This document shows, piece after piece, positions 1-11,477 of a stretch of 64,000 nt of DNA. This stretch comes from an uncultured Thermoprotei archaeon. Lineage in GTDB: Archaea > Thermoproteota > Thermoprotei > Thermofilales > B15-G2. The stretch's first letter is position 1; the number at the start of each line of letters is the position of its first letter. The notes beneath the pieces were generated by a model. The model saw only the letters and a program-made list of their open reading frames with translations, did not search any database and was not told where the DNA came from. The stretch is taken from assembly GCA_965367815.1 (NCBI GenBank), contig CBDUKN010000004.1, forward strand, positions 32,001 to 96,000. Reading direction: 5' to 3'. The translations under genes and the position numbers were made by a program.

Positions 1-3
1 TCT

Positions 4-822
4 TTGAGTAAAATAAAAGAAGCTATAAATAATATTGAGTATTTAAAACAGTTTTATGGAAGGAAATATGCCGTTAGAATTATTATGTTAAATAAACGAA
101 AGCTTAGATTAATGTTTGAGAGAACTATAGGTTATGTTATAGGAGAAATAACTAGAGGTAAAGTAGATCTAAACAGTCCTGAGGTGCTATTTCAAGGGTT
201 TTTCGTAAATGGTACGCTCTTTCTGGGTGTTCACTTATGTGGTTCTCAAAGGTCTATTCTTTTTTCTCGTAGAGCTAAATTCAGGCCTTTCTTTCATCCA
301 TGTACGCTTCATCCCATAATTGCTAGAGCCATGGTAAATTTGACTGAAGTAAGGGAGGGCATGACTGTATTAGATCCCTTTATGGGAACTGGCAGTATTC
401 TAATCGAAGCAGCTTTAATGAATTGCTATGGTATAGGAGTTGATATAAGTAGTAAAATGTGCTATGGCTGTGTAGTGAACTTGAAACACTATGGCGTGTA
501 CAGTAAAGTGCACGTAATTCGCGGAGATGCTTTTTATCTTCCGCTGAGAGACGGACTTAAGATAGATTCGATTGTAACTGATCCTCCTTACGGTAGGCTT
601 GCTCCTCTAGTTGACAGAAGTCATAAAGCTGTAGTGAGAAAGCTGCTTGAGTTTTCTTCGCAGTACTTGGAGAGAGGAAGATACTTGTGTTTCCTGACTA
701 CGATAGATTCACATGAAATAATATATGAGGTAGAAAAAGAGGGTTTTAGTGCGCTTAAAGTATATACTATACCGGTTCATGATAATTTATGTAGGAGACT
801 AGTTTTATGTAGAAGGTTATGA
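4..822 (+). CDS. trm11: tRNA (guanine-10-N2)-methyltransferase, THUMP/Trm11 family (probably 5'-truncated by window edge)
   Basis: RPFFHP motif, SAM-binding VLDPFMGTGS, catalytic TDPPYG. Confidence 0.85.
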   Translation: MSKIKEAINNIEYLKQFYGRKYAVRIIMLNKRKLRLMFERTIGYVIGEITRGKVDLNSPEVLFQGFFVNGTLFLGVHLCGSQRSILFSRRAKFRPFFHPCTLHPIIARAMVNLTEVREGMTVLDPFMGTGSILIEAALMNCYGIGVDISSKMCYGCVVNLKHYGVYSKVHVIRGDAFYLPLRDGLKIDSIVTDPPYGRLAPLVDRSHKAVVRKLLEFSSQYLERGRYLCFLTTIDSHEIIYEVEKEGFSALKVYTIPVHDNLCRRLVLCRRL

Positions 823-1745
823 GTAAAGTCAAACTAGTATTCATTGGTACAGGGGGTAGTACCCCCTCGAAAAAAAGAGGTTTGCCTGCAGTAGCTATAA
901 AGTATATGAATAAGGCGGCTCTACTTGATTGCGGTGAAGGGTGCCAGTATAGATTTTTTGAAGCCGGACTGGGCTTAAACAAAGTTAGAGTCGTGTTGAT
1001 TACTCATATGCACGGAGACCATGTTTTAGGTTTACCAGGACTTATACAGACATTAGCTTTCATGGGAAGAGAGGAAAAGTTAACGATAATAGGTCCTGAA
1101 GGTATAAGGAAGTTTCTTAAGGCAGTGCTTACTTTAGTCCCCTGCAATATCGACTTTGGGCTTGAAATAATTGAACTAAGAGACAAAGTGCATAAATCTG
1201 TTTATGAAGACGAGGTTTTTGAGATATCAGCAGTGCAAGTTAATCACACGATAGTGACGTATGCTTATCGAATAGTTGTTAAAGAGTACTACAAGAAAAT
1301 TGACTTAGAAAAAGTATCTGAACTAGGGCTGGAATTTTCTCCAGAGCTTATGAGAAAAATAATAAGGGGACAAGTAAGTATTGTTGAAACTCCGACCGGC
1401 ACTATACCTTCTTACAAACTACTCAAAAAGAAGAAAGAGTTCAAGATAGTGTATTCAGGAGATACTAGACCATGTAGCAGTTTACTCGAATTAGCTCGCG
1501 AAGCAGATGTATTAATACATGATGCTACTTTTTCTAGTGATCTTAGAGATAAAGCGGTAGCTACTGGGCACTCAACAGCGGCCGATGCTGCACTTATAGC
1601 TAAGACTGCAAAAGTAAAAAACCTAATTCTTTTCCATATTAGCGCCAGATATACCAACGCCTCTCAGCTGTTAGTTGAGGCAGCCAAAATATTTCCTCAT
1701 ATAATATTGCCTTCAGATATGGACGAAATAGAATTCGATTTTTGA
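819..1745 (+). CDS. rnz: Ribonuclease Z
   Basis: GTGGS.P, DCGEG, THMHGDH metallo-beta-lactamase motif, YSGDT, HDATF, GHST, HISARY. Confidence 0.95.
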   Translation: MSKVKLVFIGTGGSTPSKKRGLPAVAIKYMNKAALLDCGEGCQYRFFEAGLGLNKVRVVLITHMHGDHVLGLPGLIQTLAFMGREEKLTIIGPEGIRKFLKAVLTLVPCNIDFGLEIIELRDKVHKSVYEDEVFEISAVQVNHTIVTYAYRIVVKEYYKKIDLEKVSELGLEFSPELMRKIIRGQVSIVETPTGTIPSYKLLKKKKEFKIVYSGDTRPCSSLLELAREADVLIHDATFSSDLRDKAVATGHSTAADAALIAKTAKVKNLILFHISARYTNASQLLVEAAKIFPHIILPSDMDEIEFDF

Positions 1746-1746
1746 G

Positions 1747-2196
1747 TCAGGGGTCAGGAGGCTCTACTTCGTAGAATGGTTTACCATTTATTGTCATTGG
1801 CGTGAGCCAATCTATAAACTGATCTGGATTTTCGCAGGAAACTACAAAGGTTATTGCACCTAAGGGGCTTTCTTTTTCGGGCACTGAGCAGAAAGAGAGT
1901 GACCCTACGTAAGCAGCCTGTTTATGTATGTGAAAAACTATAGTTGTTCCGATTATGCTTTTCTTGAGGTGGGAGCGAGCTGCGTCTAGTATTCGTTGCC
2001 TTCTAAGAGCATCATACAACCTGAGTAGCGATTTGTGGCTTTCTGCTCTGCATATTATTATTATTCTCCTATTTTCTTGCTTTCTTATCTCTATTTTCTC
2101 TGGAGCGAAGAAGTTTAGTATAGCTTTTTTGACTTTCTCCAAGTTCTCGGTCGGTCTTACTTCACATCTAACTTCTATTCTCACCGAAGTATTCAC
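1747..2196 (-). CDS. UPF0201/DUF54 RNA-binding protein
   Basis: VRPTE..EKV, RRQRILDAAR, HKQAA.VG, ESPLG.I, WL.P.T..GKP motifs. Confidence 0.85.
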   Translation of the reverse strand: MNTSVRIEVRCEVRPTENLEKVKKAILNFFAPEKIEIRKQENRRIIIICRAESHKSLLRLYDALRRQRILDAARSHLKKSIIGTTIVFHIHKQAAYVGSLSFCSVPEKESPLGAITFVVSCENPDQFIDWLTPMTINGKPFYEVEPPDP

Positions 2197-2746
2197 CTGC
2201 TATTTTAGTTATAAGTCTTTCACATAAAGCTTCGAACTCTGATAATGAAATTTCTTCGTTGACTATCATGAAGTCGGCCAGTGCTATAACATTCCCTATA
2301 CCCAAAGATAACTCTCTCTCGTCTCTTTCTCTAAAGTCGCTCCAGCTCCTTGGATCATCTGGCCGCCCTCTAGCTCTTAATCTAGAAAAACGGGTTTTTG
2401 GAGATGTGTGAATGGCGACAATTACTACGTCGAAGAATTTCTTGAAGTACTCAACTTCGTCTAGACTTCTTACTCCATCGACTACGATAATAGGAGACTC
2501 GCTGTAAAGCAATTTGGTTATGACGCGTCTTGCCATAATATCTTTGCCATATCGCTGCCTAAGTTCTGTAGCTATTTTGCCTAAATTTTCGGCTGATAAG
2601 TCGAGCCCTCTCTTTCTAGCTTCTTCTCTAACGACATCTCCTAGCGAAACTACAGGTATAGAATTCTTTTCAGCTACTTTAGAAAATACGCTTTTCCCTG
2701 AACCCGGAAGACCTGCAACAAGTATAAGTTTCTTTCTACGTTTCAC
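2168..2746 (-). CDS. UPF0200 nucleoside-monophosphate-kinase-like P-loop protein (dephospho-CoA kinase-like)
   Basis: GLPGSGKS Walker A, GDVVREE, DGVRS, RGRPDD, RD.REL..G; usual neighbour of DUF54. Confidence 0.85.
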   Translation of the reverse strand: MKRRKKLILVAGLPGSGKSVFSKVAEKNSIPVVSLGDVVREEARKRGLDLSAENLGKIATELRQRYGKDIMARRVITKLLYSESPIIVVDGVRSLDEVEYFKKFFDVVIVAIHTSPKTRFSRLRARGRPDDPRSWSDFRERDERELSLGIGNVIALADFMIVNEEISLSEFEALCERLITKIAGEYFGENRS

Positions 2747-2836
2747 GGCTTGAAAATATTTTTCTAAGTATTTTTGTTTACCGTTTATAAGTGCAGTGAG
2801 TATAAGTTTATTAATTTGAGTTCGTTAATGCGATAA

Positions 2837-3928
2837 ATGGCGAGAGAAGGGCTTAAAGTAGCGGTTGTCGGTACAGGGCGCTGGGGAAAAAACCATGTTA
2901 GAGTTCTCTCGAGTTTAAGAAATAAGGGAGTATGCTCTGAGCTAATAGTATGTGATGTAAATAAAAAAATTGCGAATGAAATAGCAGAAATGTATAGTGC
3001 GGACAAAATATACTATGATGTCTCTGAGCTAGTGGCTCACGAAGACTTGGACTGCGCTATAGTGGCTGTGCCAACAATATATCATCACAAAGTATCGCTT
3101 GCCTTATTAAAAAGGGCGGATGTCTTAGTAGAAAAACCTCTTGCAGCTAGCTGTGAAGAAGGTCTAGAGCTTATAAAGACGGCTAGAAAAGAAGGTAGAG
3201 TGTTTGCAGTAGGTCATGTAGAGAGATTTAATTCAGCTGTACTTGCTGTCAGAGACTATCTGCGTGAAAAAGTATTTCCCTCGAACGATGATATAGTGTT
3301 TATTTTTACTCAAAGAATAGGTCCAGGGCCTCCCGGTAAGCATACCTTAAACCTAGGTGTAGCTCATGATCTTTTGACACATGACGTAGATGTAGTAGTC
3401 TTCCTGTCAGGAAAAATACCTAGATATGTAACAGCTCGAGCGATCACAGATAACAGTGTCTATGAAAATGATATATCAGCGCTTTACGAGTTTGACAATA
3501 GTACGATATATATCGCGAGGGCGAGCTGGAGAGCTAGCTCAACGTTTAAAAAGAGAGTCTTAATGATACAAACTAAGGAGAGCGTAATAGAGTTAGACTA
3601 TATCCTCCAGAAGTATGTTATTGAGAAGGGGCTTTCTCAACACATATCTCTTGGAACATTCCAGGAAGTGATTCAAGCTTATAGATCTAAAGATACTGTT
3701 ACTCGTGAGCTCATGTTGACAGCAGAAAATGAGCCTCTCTTCGTAGAAGATCAACACTTCTTAGAGTGTGCCAAGCACCGAAGAGAACCACTGAATTCTG
3801 CGAGATGGGGATATATTGCACTTAAGTGTGTGGAGTGTGCACTTCAGTCGTCGCGTGCTGGAGAAAGATTAGAAATACTGTGGGGCGATGAAGAGAGGGC
3901 TTTAATTAATTCAAGTATAATTGAATAA
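2837..3928 (+). CDS. Gfo/Idh/MocA family oxidoreductase
   Basis: VVGTGRWG..H, VEKPLA, GHVERFN, DL..HDVD. Confidence 0.9.
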   Translation: MAREGLKVAVVGTGRWGKNHVRVLSSLRNKGVCSELIVCDVNKKIANEIAEMYSADKIYYDVSELVAHEDLDCAIVAVPTIYHHKVSLALLKRADVLVEKPLAASCEEGLELIKTARKEGRVFAVGHVERFNSAVLAVRDYLREKVFPSNDDIVFIFTQRIGPGPPGKHTLNLGVAHDLLTHDVDVVVFLSGKIPRYVTARAITDNSVYENDISALYEFDNSTIYIARASWRASSTFKKRVLMIQTKESVIELDYILQKYVIEKGLSQHISLGTFQEVIQAYRSKDTVTRELMLTAENEPLFVEDQHFLECAKHRREPLNSARWGYIALKCVECALQSSRAGERLEILWGDEERALINSSIIE

Positions 3929-5109
3929 GGAGCATTTGTTTTGAATCCTTTTGAGTCGAAGTGAGTTAGCGAGGCTCTATATCCCTTCTTGACGAGATTT
4001 TCGACTATTATTTTGGCTGAAACTTCATTGAGTCGAGTAGCTTTCGATAAGATTTCAGTGGTTATATAGGGAGAGTCTATTGAACACTCTTTTAAAAGAA
4101 GCTCCATTTTTTCTAGAAGTCTAATGCTTGTAGTAATAGTTTTTAGCTTAGAATATGTTTTTTGGCAGAAGTCGCTATCAAAGATTTTGCCGATCCATAA
4201 AGGTCCTAGAAGACTTGCATCAGACCCACATACAGGGCATTTTGTACTACTGTAGTGGAACTGGATTAAGTTACGGTAACCACACTTACTGCAATAGTGA
4301 AGATAGCCTATCTGACTTAGATTTTCGTCAGCTTTTTTTCTAGACTTAAATACTTGTACAAAGCATCTGATGTAGTGTCTATCCTTAAAAGTGAGTAAAG
4401 GTTTTATTCCTATGTTTAGTGGCGAGGCTTTCTTAACTATATCGTAGTAAAGAATGCGGGCGGCAAGTTCTAGAGAGCAGTCAATTTTCATGGGGAATGA
4501 GAAATATCTACGAATACAAGATTGCCTATGGACGCCAGTTAACGGTGCTAAATCTGTTGCAGTCAAGCACAGCATACCTTTGTGTGTCAACGCTGTAAGA
4601 GCAGACCTTACGAAGGGTTCAGGAGAGCCGTAGGGATCAATGTCTATTACATTAAATTTAGAGAATTTCCTGCATAGAATAAGCAGTATATTAGCATCAA
4701 GATTGAATACTTCTACTTTATCCTCTACTTCATTTAGCATGATGTTAGCCTTAGCTATCGAAGCGGCTTTGATGTCTATATCGTTTAAGACCACGTAGTC
4801 TGCTGAAGCTTCTACAGCATACCTTAAGCCTCTAATACCAGTTGCTGTGAGAGGTTCACAAAGAGCTATTGAGTCGAATTCGCTGTACTCTTTAAAAGCC
4901 ATCACAGCTGCTACACTCAGGTCTCTGTTTGTTTTCATCGCTGGATTATAGAAAATAGGGATCCAGCAGGGGTCTACAAGGCCATTCTTCTCATACGACT
5001 TTAAGTCAGGTACTATTGCTTTTGTTTTGCCTTCAACAATAATGATTAAAGGAATATTTAAAATAGACTTAAGAGTATTTAGAAGATATTCTTCTCTAGT
5101 TAATTTCAT
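3844..5109 (-). CDS. trm1: tRNA (guanine-26-N2)-dimethyltransferase
   Basis: FYNP.M..NRD, ATGIRGLRY, DIDPYGSP, TATD, CxxC...CxxC, GPLW.G, THF. Confidence 0.95.
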   Translation of the reverse strand: MKLTREEYLLNTLKSILNIPLIIIVEGKTKAIVPDLKSYEKNGLVDPCWIPIFYNPAMKTNRDLSVAAVMAFKEYSEFDSIALCEPLTATGIRGLRYAVEASADYVVLNDIDIKAASIAKANIMLNEVEDKVEVFNLDANILLILCRKFSKFNVIDIDPYGSPEPFVRSALTALTHKGMLCLTATDLAPLTGVHRQSCIRRYFSFPMKIDCSLELAARILYYDIVKKASPLNIGIKPLLTFKDRHYIRCFVQVFKSRKKADENLSQIGYLHYCSKCGYRNLIQFHYSSTKCPVCGSDASLLGPLWIGKIFDSDFCQKTYSKLKTITTSIRLLEKMELLLKECSIDSPYITTEILSKATRLNEVSAKIIVENLVKKGYRASLTHFDSKGFKTNAPYSIILELIKALSSSPHSISNLSPARDD

Positions 5110-6070
5110 GTTGAATATTGTTTTTATCGACTATATTTATATCTTCGTATTTTTCTTTTTCAACGATCTTTGGTATCTTTTTATCAGATACGACTATCAT
5201 GTCTGACGAAGTGAGTTGAGCAACTTTTCGAGATAGCTCTATTTCTTTAAGTGTTTCTTCTATTTTGTTTGATTTGCCCAGTATTTTTATTAAAATTTTC
5301 TTTTCTTCTTTATGTCTAAAAGCTATCATGTCAAAGGGCATTCTAGAAAAGCAGAATATGTCGTATCCAAGACTTTTCACTTTACAGTATACTGCTCTAA
5401 GCAATGGACGTTTAGGTAAAGAGTTTTCTGCTATTCTTTCTTCTTTCCACTCGAATATATCGATAGGCTTGATTACATTCTCATCTAATATACTTTCGAG
5501 TTTTGAGACAATGTCTAGTGTTGCGTTCATTTTTTCTCTCTCGTAGTCGTATACTGCTTTCCTACTGACTCCTAGTTTCATTGCGAGTTCTCCTAGTGAG
5601 TATCCCTTCTTGAGTCGGGCTCTCTTTAAGCTGGAGCCGTTGATATTTACGTAAAGTCCTCCTCTTTCGGTAAATGCTATAGGTTTATGTCCTCTTAAAG
5701 CATCAATAAATGTTGATAGGTGTACAGCATAAACACCAAATCTCTTGTACACAACTCCGGAGAGAAGTTCTTCTCTACGTGATGTTAGCCCTACAATGAG
5801 CGGAATTGATCCCGTAGATACGCAGAATTTCTTTAATTCGTTTATATTTTGTCTCGTGCATTCATTTATGTCTATTACACATTTAAGTGACATTATGACT
5901 TTTTCTTTCTTTTGAGGCCTTAGGGCTATTATGTCTGAACAGTATTTCCTTGAAGAAGATTTTAATATTTCTACTACGAAATTCTTGTTTTTAAGTTCTT
6001 CTTTCAGTGTTTCTACAAGCATTCTAGCTTTCTCTAGCATTAACTGTGGCTTTGACATATCTGTTGTCAT
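5096..6070 (-). CDS. Archaeal XRE-type HTH transcriptional regulator (COG1395-like)
   Basis: [39 protein letters not shown]. Confidence 0.85.
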   Translation of the reverse strand: MTTDMSKPQLMLEKARMLVETLKEELKNKNFVVEILKSSSRKYCSDIIALRPQKKEKVIMSLKCVIDINECTRQNINELKKFCVSTGSIPLIVGLTSRREELLSGVVYKRFGVYAVHLSTFIDALRGHKPIAFTERGGLYVNINGSSLKRARLKKGYSLGELAMKLGVSRKAVYDYEREKMNATLDIVSKLESILDENVIKPIDIFEWKEERIAENSLPKRPLLRAVYCKVKSLGYDIFCFSRMPFDMIAFRHKEEKKILIKILGKSNKIEETLKEIELSRKVAQLTSSDMIVVSDKKIPKIVEKEKYEDINIVDKNNIQHEIN

Positions 6071-6759
6071 CTGAGAGCTACTACGAATGCGTGTGCTATA
6101 TCATATGGCTCGAGATGGACAACATTCTTTACTTCAAATCCTCTTTTCTCGAGATGACTTATCTCTTCTTTGTATGTCTCTGAAGGCTCTCTAGTGACGT
6201 CGATGCTCATGGCCTTTATTGCTTGCATAGCCCATCCTCCTTTCTTTAAGAAAAAGTCAGCGTTATCTGCAAGTATTTTGCTCTGGAAAGGTTGTGCTAT
6301 GTCGGCGTACACTATGTCTACTTCTTCTATGTACATTCGATAGAGATTAGGAAATCTTGCGTCGGCTAGAATCGGTATCATGTTCTTTCTGTAGTTGCAG
6401 CATTTTTCAATAAGTTCTCTCATTACTCTAGGAGAGAACTCTATACAGTAGATTATGCCCTCTTCTCCTATTATGTCTGAGACATGGCTTGCAGTAGTTC
6501 CTGAGGCAGCACCTAAGTACAGTACTTTGCTTCCTTTCTTAATTGGCATTACTTCGAGTCCCTTGAGAATGGCTGCTGCTAGTTTGCTTCTATAGGGGTT
6601 CCATACTCTGTACTCTTCTCCCTCATACGATATTATCTGCTCGCCGTACACTTTATGTCCTGGCGCAAGACTTTTTGTTGCTAATTTCTTGGCGCCATCT
6701 TCGAATATAACCCAATATACTCCTTCAAATTTTTCATGAGGTTTTATTTCAATACTCAT
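6067..6759 (-). CDS. flpA: Fibrillarin (C/D sRNP 2'-O-methyltransferase)
   Basis: [35 protein letters not shown]; start moved to ATG 6759, just after the nop5 stop. Confidence 0.97.
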   Translation of the reverse strand: MSIEIKPHEKFEGVYWVIFEDGAKKLATKSLAPGHKVYGEQIISYEGEEYRVWNPYRSKLAAAILKGLEVMPIKKGSKVLYLGAASGTTASHVSDIIGEEGIIYCIEFSPRVMRELIEKCCNYRKNMIPILADARFPNLYRMYIEEVDIVYADIAQPFQSKILADNADFFLKKGGWAMQAIKAMSIDVTREPSETYKEEISHLEKRGFEVKNVVHLEPYDIAHAFVVALR

Positions 6760-6763
6760 ATTA

Positions 6764-7978
6764 TCACCTTCTCCTTCTTCTTTTACCACGTTTCCTCCTC
6801 TTAGGTTTTTCTTCTTTACGAGGAGGTGGTCTTGCGTAGAGGGTCTTTATCTCTTCTATTCTCTTCCTCAGTTCTTCTTCAAGCATATCTGCTTTATATT
6901 CTCCCGTGAATGCGTCTATTCTAGCGGCAATTGCCAGCTTTGCTGCAAGAGCTCTTGCTATTTTTCCTCTTTGCCAGCGAGGACTTCTAAAGATATCTGG
7001 GTACTGGAAGATTACTCCGTGCTTTGGAGGTTTTCCTCCAGTTCTGAGAGCTCTAAACAGAGCTTTTTCTGCTCCTAAGACTTGTATAGTGCTTGCAGGT
7101 AACATGGCTAATTTCTTTAGTCCTCCTGCTAGGGCGATTAGTCTAGCTCCTAGTAGAGGTCCTACTAGTGCTCTTATGTTAGGTGCTACTTCTTTCATGG
7201 CTTCGTCTACGTACTCTGCTAGTTTTCTTCTAAGGCTGTAAAGGTCTAGCGCTATACTGGCTAGGCCTCTAATAGCCTCTAAGTCGAATTCGGTAATGTC
7301 TGCGCCCATGCTTTCTCTAGCTAGCTCTTCTATTTTTGCGGCTTTTCCAGACGGTATACCTAGCTCCATTAACTTTTCTTTGGTGATGTTATCTCTAGAG
7401 CCGATCTCCTTTATTATTTTGATGTACGTCTCGTGTTCTCTTATCATTTCGTCGAGTTCGGGGAAGTGAAGCCCATACCATTCTCTGAGTCTTGAGGCGT
7501 ATAGATTTATTGTCTTGTCCGTTTCATCTATAGCTGAGATCGCTTGAGCTATGAACAAGTCTCTTTTTTCAGCCTCCTCCTTGACCTTGTTCTTTGTCAG
7601 CTTAACTGAAATTTCATAAAGTAGTCGAAGGTAGTCACTATAATTTATTCCAATAGATTCGAGAATTTTTCTTTTCGATTTCCTGTAGAGGAGGCCTCCT
7701 TTGCTAGGAATTTCTGCAGAGAACGATATCTCGGGAAACATTCGAGCCAGGCTTCTGGCTAGGTTTTCATCTTCTAAAATTATTTCCTTTACACCCTTGG
7801 AAATAAGATTTTTGCACAGAGTTTTTATTTCATCTAGTACTTCTCCTTTCTCAAGCGACAGCAGTTTCTTTACTATACTCTCAGGGAATTTTCGGTCGTA
7901 AATTATTTTGTCTAAAACGTTTCCCTCATCATCTATTGCTAGTACTCCTACAATATCTTCGACTATGTAACATTTCAT
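6764..7978 (-). CDS. nop5: Nop5 (Nop56/58) C/D sRNP protein
   Basis: RLREWY..HFPEL, APN...[26 protein letters not shown]; adjacent to fibrillarin. Confidence 0.97.
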   Translation of the reverse strand: MKCYIVEDIVGVLAIDDEGNVLDKIIYDRKFPESIVKKLLSLEKGEVLDEIKTLCKNLISKGVKEIILEDENLARSLARMFPEISFSAEIPSKGGLLYRKSKRKILESIGINYSDYLRLLYEISVKLTKNKVKEEAEKRDLFIAQAISAIDETDKTINLYASRLREWYGLHFPELDEMIREHETYIKIIKEIGSRDNITKEKLMELGIPSGKAAKIEELARESMGADITEFDLEAIRGLASIALDLYSLRRKLAEYVDEAMKEVAPNIRALVGPLLGARLIALAGGLKKLAMLPASTIQVLGAEKALFRALRTGGKPPKHGVIFQYPDIFRSPRWQRGKIARALAAKLAIAARIDAFTGEYKADMLEEELRKRIEEIKTLYARPPPRKEEKPKRRKRGKRRRRR

Positions 7979-8034
7979 TTCATCACCTAAAAATAGTTAG
8001 AAAGTTAAAATAAATATATTTAACTAACACTAGG

Positions 8035-8199
8035 CTAGTATCGTCTTCTTCCTCCAGCGAGGGCCGCGTAAAGTACTCGTCTTCTATAGTTTCTATAGTT
8101 ACGTCTGCGCGGAATTAGGTTCTTTTTAGGTTTCGGGGGTATCTTAGGTGTAGCATTTCTTACTTTACCAGCTTTAGTTAAGCTTCCGTGGCTAGGCAT
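8035..8199 (-). CDS. rps30e: 30S ribosomal protein S30e
   Basis: [19 protein letters not shown]; start at ATG 8199. Confidence 0.95.
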   Translation of the reverse strand: MPSHGSLTKAGKVRNATPKIPPKPKKNLIPRRRNYRNYRRRVLYAALAGGRRRY

Positions 8200-8252
8200 A
8201 AGATACTGGTTGTGGCTCAATATATAAATCTTCCTTACTGTAACTCTCTACG

Positions 8253-9569
8253 ATGGAAAAATACGGAGGATACTCTCAAGAAATCATTGAAGTGTTTGAG
8301 AGAAAAAGCATCGACATATACGACAAAATAAGGATAGTGAAAAACGGGAAAGAGTACGTAGGACTGTTAATGCCTAGACCATTTTATGGAGATCCTCGCT
8401 GTATAGTCATAAAGTTGTCTAACGGATACAATATTGGTGTAGCGTTCGATGAAAAGACCAGAGTAGAGCTTCTTGAAAAGTCGGAGGGAGTGAGGAGCCC
8501 TACGCTTACCGCTGAAGAGCTTGAGAAAAGCTTGGGTGAAGTAGTGATAGTCAATACTGGAGGAACTATTTCCTCGAAAGTAGATTACCTTACAGGAGCT
8601 GTTTATCCTGCTTTTTCGACAAAAGATCTCTATGCAATGGTCCCTGAAATCAAGGACATAGCTTCCATTAGAGCTCGACCTCTCTTTAATATACTGAGCG
8701 AGGATATGACACCTAAACACTGGGAAACTATGGCTAAGGTGGCGTATGAAGAGTTCAAAAAGGGAGCTGTAGGAGTTATCTTTACTCACGGAACAGATAC
8801 TATGCATTTTTCGGCGGCAGCACTCGCTTTTGCTGTACAAAGAGCGAGCGGGCCTATAGTATTTGTGGGTGCTCAACGTTCTCCCGACAGGCCTTCCTCG
8901 GATGCGTTCCTGAACTTGCTGTCAGCTGTCATTACAGCTAAGAAAGCACCTTTTGCTGAATCAGTTATAGTAATGCATGGAGAGAGCAGCGATACATACT
9001 GTTATGTGCATAGAGGAGTTAAGGCAAGAAAGCTGCATACGAGCCGCAGGGACGCATTTAAGAGCGTGAACGATATGCCTATAGCCAAGGTTGAAAATGG
9101 AAAAGTAGTAGTTATAAACGATAGATATATTTTTAGAGAAAAAACAGCGAATAATATTGTTCTCAAACCAAAGTTCGACGGCCGTGTTCTCCTGATAAAA
9201 GTATATCCTGGATGCAGCCCTGAAATTATCAGATGGGCCATAGATTCTAAGTATCACGGAATAGTACTTGAGGCTACAGGTTTAGGACACGTGCCTCAGC
9301 CTATGGTGAAGTATGTTGAGGAGGCGGTTGCCGAAGGTATACCTGTAGCTGTGACAAGCCAGTGCATCTGGGGGCGAGTTAACTTGAATGTTTATAGGCG
9401 TGGAGTAGAACTAATTAAAGCTGGTGCAATACCTTGTGAAGATATGACACCCGAGACAGCACTAGTTAAGCTTATGTGGATATTAGCTCAAACAAGGGAT
9501 TTAGAGGAAGTGAGAGAACTCATGTTGAGGAACTTTGTCTACGAGATTAATGAAAGACTTGGACTCTAG
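8253..9569 (+). CDS. gatD: Glu-tRNA(Gln) amidotransferase subunit D
   Basis: KLSNGYNIG, TGGTI.S.VDY.TG, HGTDT, GAQRS.DRPSSD, HTSRRDAF. Confidence 0.96.
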   Translation: MEKYGGYSQEIIEVFERKSIDIYDKIRIVKNGKEYVGLLMPRPFYGDPRCIVIKLSNGYNIGVAFDEKTRVELLEKSEGVRSPTLTAEELEKSLGEVVIVNTGGTISSKVDYLTGAVYPAFSTKDLYAMVPEIKDIASIRARPLFNILSEDMTPKHWETMAKVAYEEFKKGAVGVIFTHGTDTMHFSAAALAFAVQRASGPIVFVGAQRSPDRPSSDAFLNLLSAVITAKKAPFAESVIVMHGESSDTYCYVHRGVKARKLHTSRRDAFKSVNDMPIAKVENGKVVVINDRYIFREKTANNIVLKPKFDGRVLLIKVYPGCSPEIIRWAIDSKYHGIVLEATGLGHVPQPMVKYVEEAVAEGIPVAVTSQCIWGRVNLNVYRRGVELIKAGAIPCEDMTPETALVKLMWILAQTRDLEEVRELMLRNFVYEINERLGL

Positions 9570-9578
9570 GATGAGACT

Positions 9579-11477
9579 ATGGAGGATTTAGGGCTTAAGG
9601 TTGGAATAGAATTTCACCAAATGCTAGATACGAAGGAAAAGTTATTCTGCAGCTGTCCTACATCTCTAGTCAAGGAATTTAAAGGGCCTGTAGTCAGGCG
9701 CAGACTAAGAGCTACTCGCAGTGAGCTGGGAGAAGTGGACAGAGCAGCTATGCTCGAGGAAATTAGAGGAAGAGAGTATGTGTATGAGGCTCCTTGCGAA
9801 GCTTCGTGTCTTGTAGAGTTAGATGAAGAACCTCCTCATAGTATTAACCGAGAAGCCTTAGAAATAGCCTTAAAAATAGCTTTAGCGCTACACGCAGACC
9901 CTGTAGACGAGATTCATGTTATGAGAAAAATAGTTATTGACGGGTCAAACACGACAGGATTTCAGAGGACAGCGCTAATAGCCTTAGGAGGGTACATAGA
10001 CATAGGGCACAAAAAAGTGCCTATACAGACGATATGTCTTGAAGAAGATGCTGCGAGAAAAATCTCCGAGAGTGAGAAAGAAGTAGTGTATAGACTAGAT
10101 CGCCTCGGAATACCCCTAATAGAAATTGCTACAGCGCCTGTCATTACTTCTCCTAAAGAAGCAGAACTTGTTGCAGCAAAAATAGGTCAGCTTCTCAGAG
10201 TAATAGGTGGCGTGAAAAGAGGTCTCGGCACAATAAGACAAGATCTTAATATATCCATTAAAGGGGGAGGACTTGTTGAAATAAAGGGCGTGCAGTACTT
10301 GGAGCTTATACCCAAGGTAGTTAAGTACGAGGTAATGCGACAAGTAAACTTGCTCAAAATAAAGGAGGAACTCCAGGAAAGAGGTGTTGATTTAACTAAG
10401 GTCAAGATAAATATTGTTGATGTAACAGATATCTTCAAGGAAACTGGCTGTAAAATAATAAAAAATGCAATTAAGCGCGGCGGTCGGGTATTAGCGGGTC
10501 TCCTTCCTGGACTTAAGGGAATACTTGGAAGAGAAATTCAGCCTGGAAGACGTGTAGGCACAGAGCTAGCAGACTATGCAAGAGTATGGGGAGGGGTCAA
10601 GGGGATATTCCACTCGGATGAGCTTCCAAAGTACGGTATTACGGCAGATGAAGTAGCAAAAGTATTTTCTGCTCTAAAAGGAGACCCTGAGAAAGACGCA
10701 TTTGTGATAGTTGCAGACAAAGAAGACAAAGCTAGAAGAGCTCTGCAGGCAGTTGTTGAAAGAGCTAAGCTCCTGTCAGTATGTATTCCTTCTGAAACTA
10801 GAGGAGCGAATCCTGATGGAACAACACACTACAGCAGACCTAGACCTGGTGCCGCTAGAATGTATCCCGAAACAGATATCAGGCCTGTGAGAATTTCTTC
10901 AAAGTGGCTTGAAGAGCTGAAAAAACAGCTTCCAGAGCCTCCTGAGGTAAAGTTCAAGAAGTTTGTCGAAGAATACGGCCTGAGCGAAGAGTTAGCGCGT
11001 AAGATACTCTTGTCATATAGACTTGACTTATTTGAAAAATTGGTGAAAAAGTATCCACGAGTATCTCCTACATTAATAGCTTCAACAATAGAGAATATTC
11101 TCAAGAGCTTGAGAAGGGACGGAGTTCCAGTGGAAAACATTACTGATGAACATATTGAAGAAATATTCGAAAAAGTAAGCAAAAACTTGTTAGCTAAAGA
11201 GAGTATACCTGATGTATTGAAGTACCTAGCTGAGAATCCTGATTCAAGTGTCTCTGATGCAATAGAAAAGCTCGGTTTATTCAAGGTAACGGAGGATGAA
11301 GTGAGAAACTATGTCAAAGAAGTGATAGCTAAGTTCTCGGAGGGAATCAAGAAAAGAGGTTCTAAAGCAGACAAGCTTATAATGGGAATAGTTATGAAGA
11401 AATATAGAGGTAAGCTCGATGGAGCAATTATATACAAAATAGTCAAAGAAGAGCTAGAGCATTATCTACATCTTTAA
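9579..11477 (+). CDS. gatE: Glu-tRNA(Gln) amidotransferase subunit E
   Basis: GLKVG.E.HQ, DEEPPH, IDGSNTTGFQRT, LDRLGIPL.E, RPGAARMYPETD. Confidence 0.97.
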   Translation: MEDLGLKVGIEFHQMLDTKEKLFCSCPTSLVKEFKGPVVRRRLRATRSELGEVDRAAMLEEIRGREYVYEAPCEASCLVELDEEPPHSINREALEIALKIALALHADPVDEIHVMRKIVIDGSNTTGFQRTALIALGGYIDIGHKKVPIQTICLEEDAARKISESEKEVVYRLDRLGIPLIEIATAPVITSPKEAELVAAKIGQLLRVIGGVKRGLGTIRQDLNISIKGGGLVEIKGVQYLELIPKVVKYEVMRQVNLLKIKEELQERGVDLTKVKINIVDVTDIFKETGCKIIKNAIKRGGRVLAGLLPGLKGILGREIQPGRRVGTELADYARVWGGVKGIFHSDELPKYGITADEVAKVFSALKGDPEKDAFVIVADKEDKARRALQAVVERAKLLSVCIPSETRGANPDGTTHYSRPRPGAARMYPETDIRPVRISSKWLEELKKQLPEPPEVKFKKFVEEYGLSEELARKILLSYRLDLFEKLVKKYPRVSPTLIASTIENILKSLRRDGVPVENITDEHIEEIFEKVSKNLLAKESIPDVLKYLAENPDSSVSDAIEKLGLFKVTEDEVRNYVKEVIAKFSEGIKKRGSKADKLIMGIVMKKYRGKLDGAIIYKIVKEELEHYLHL

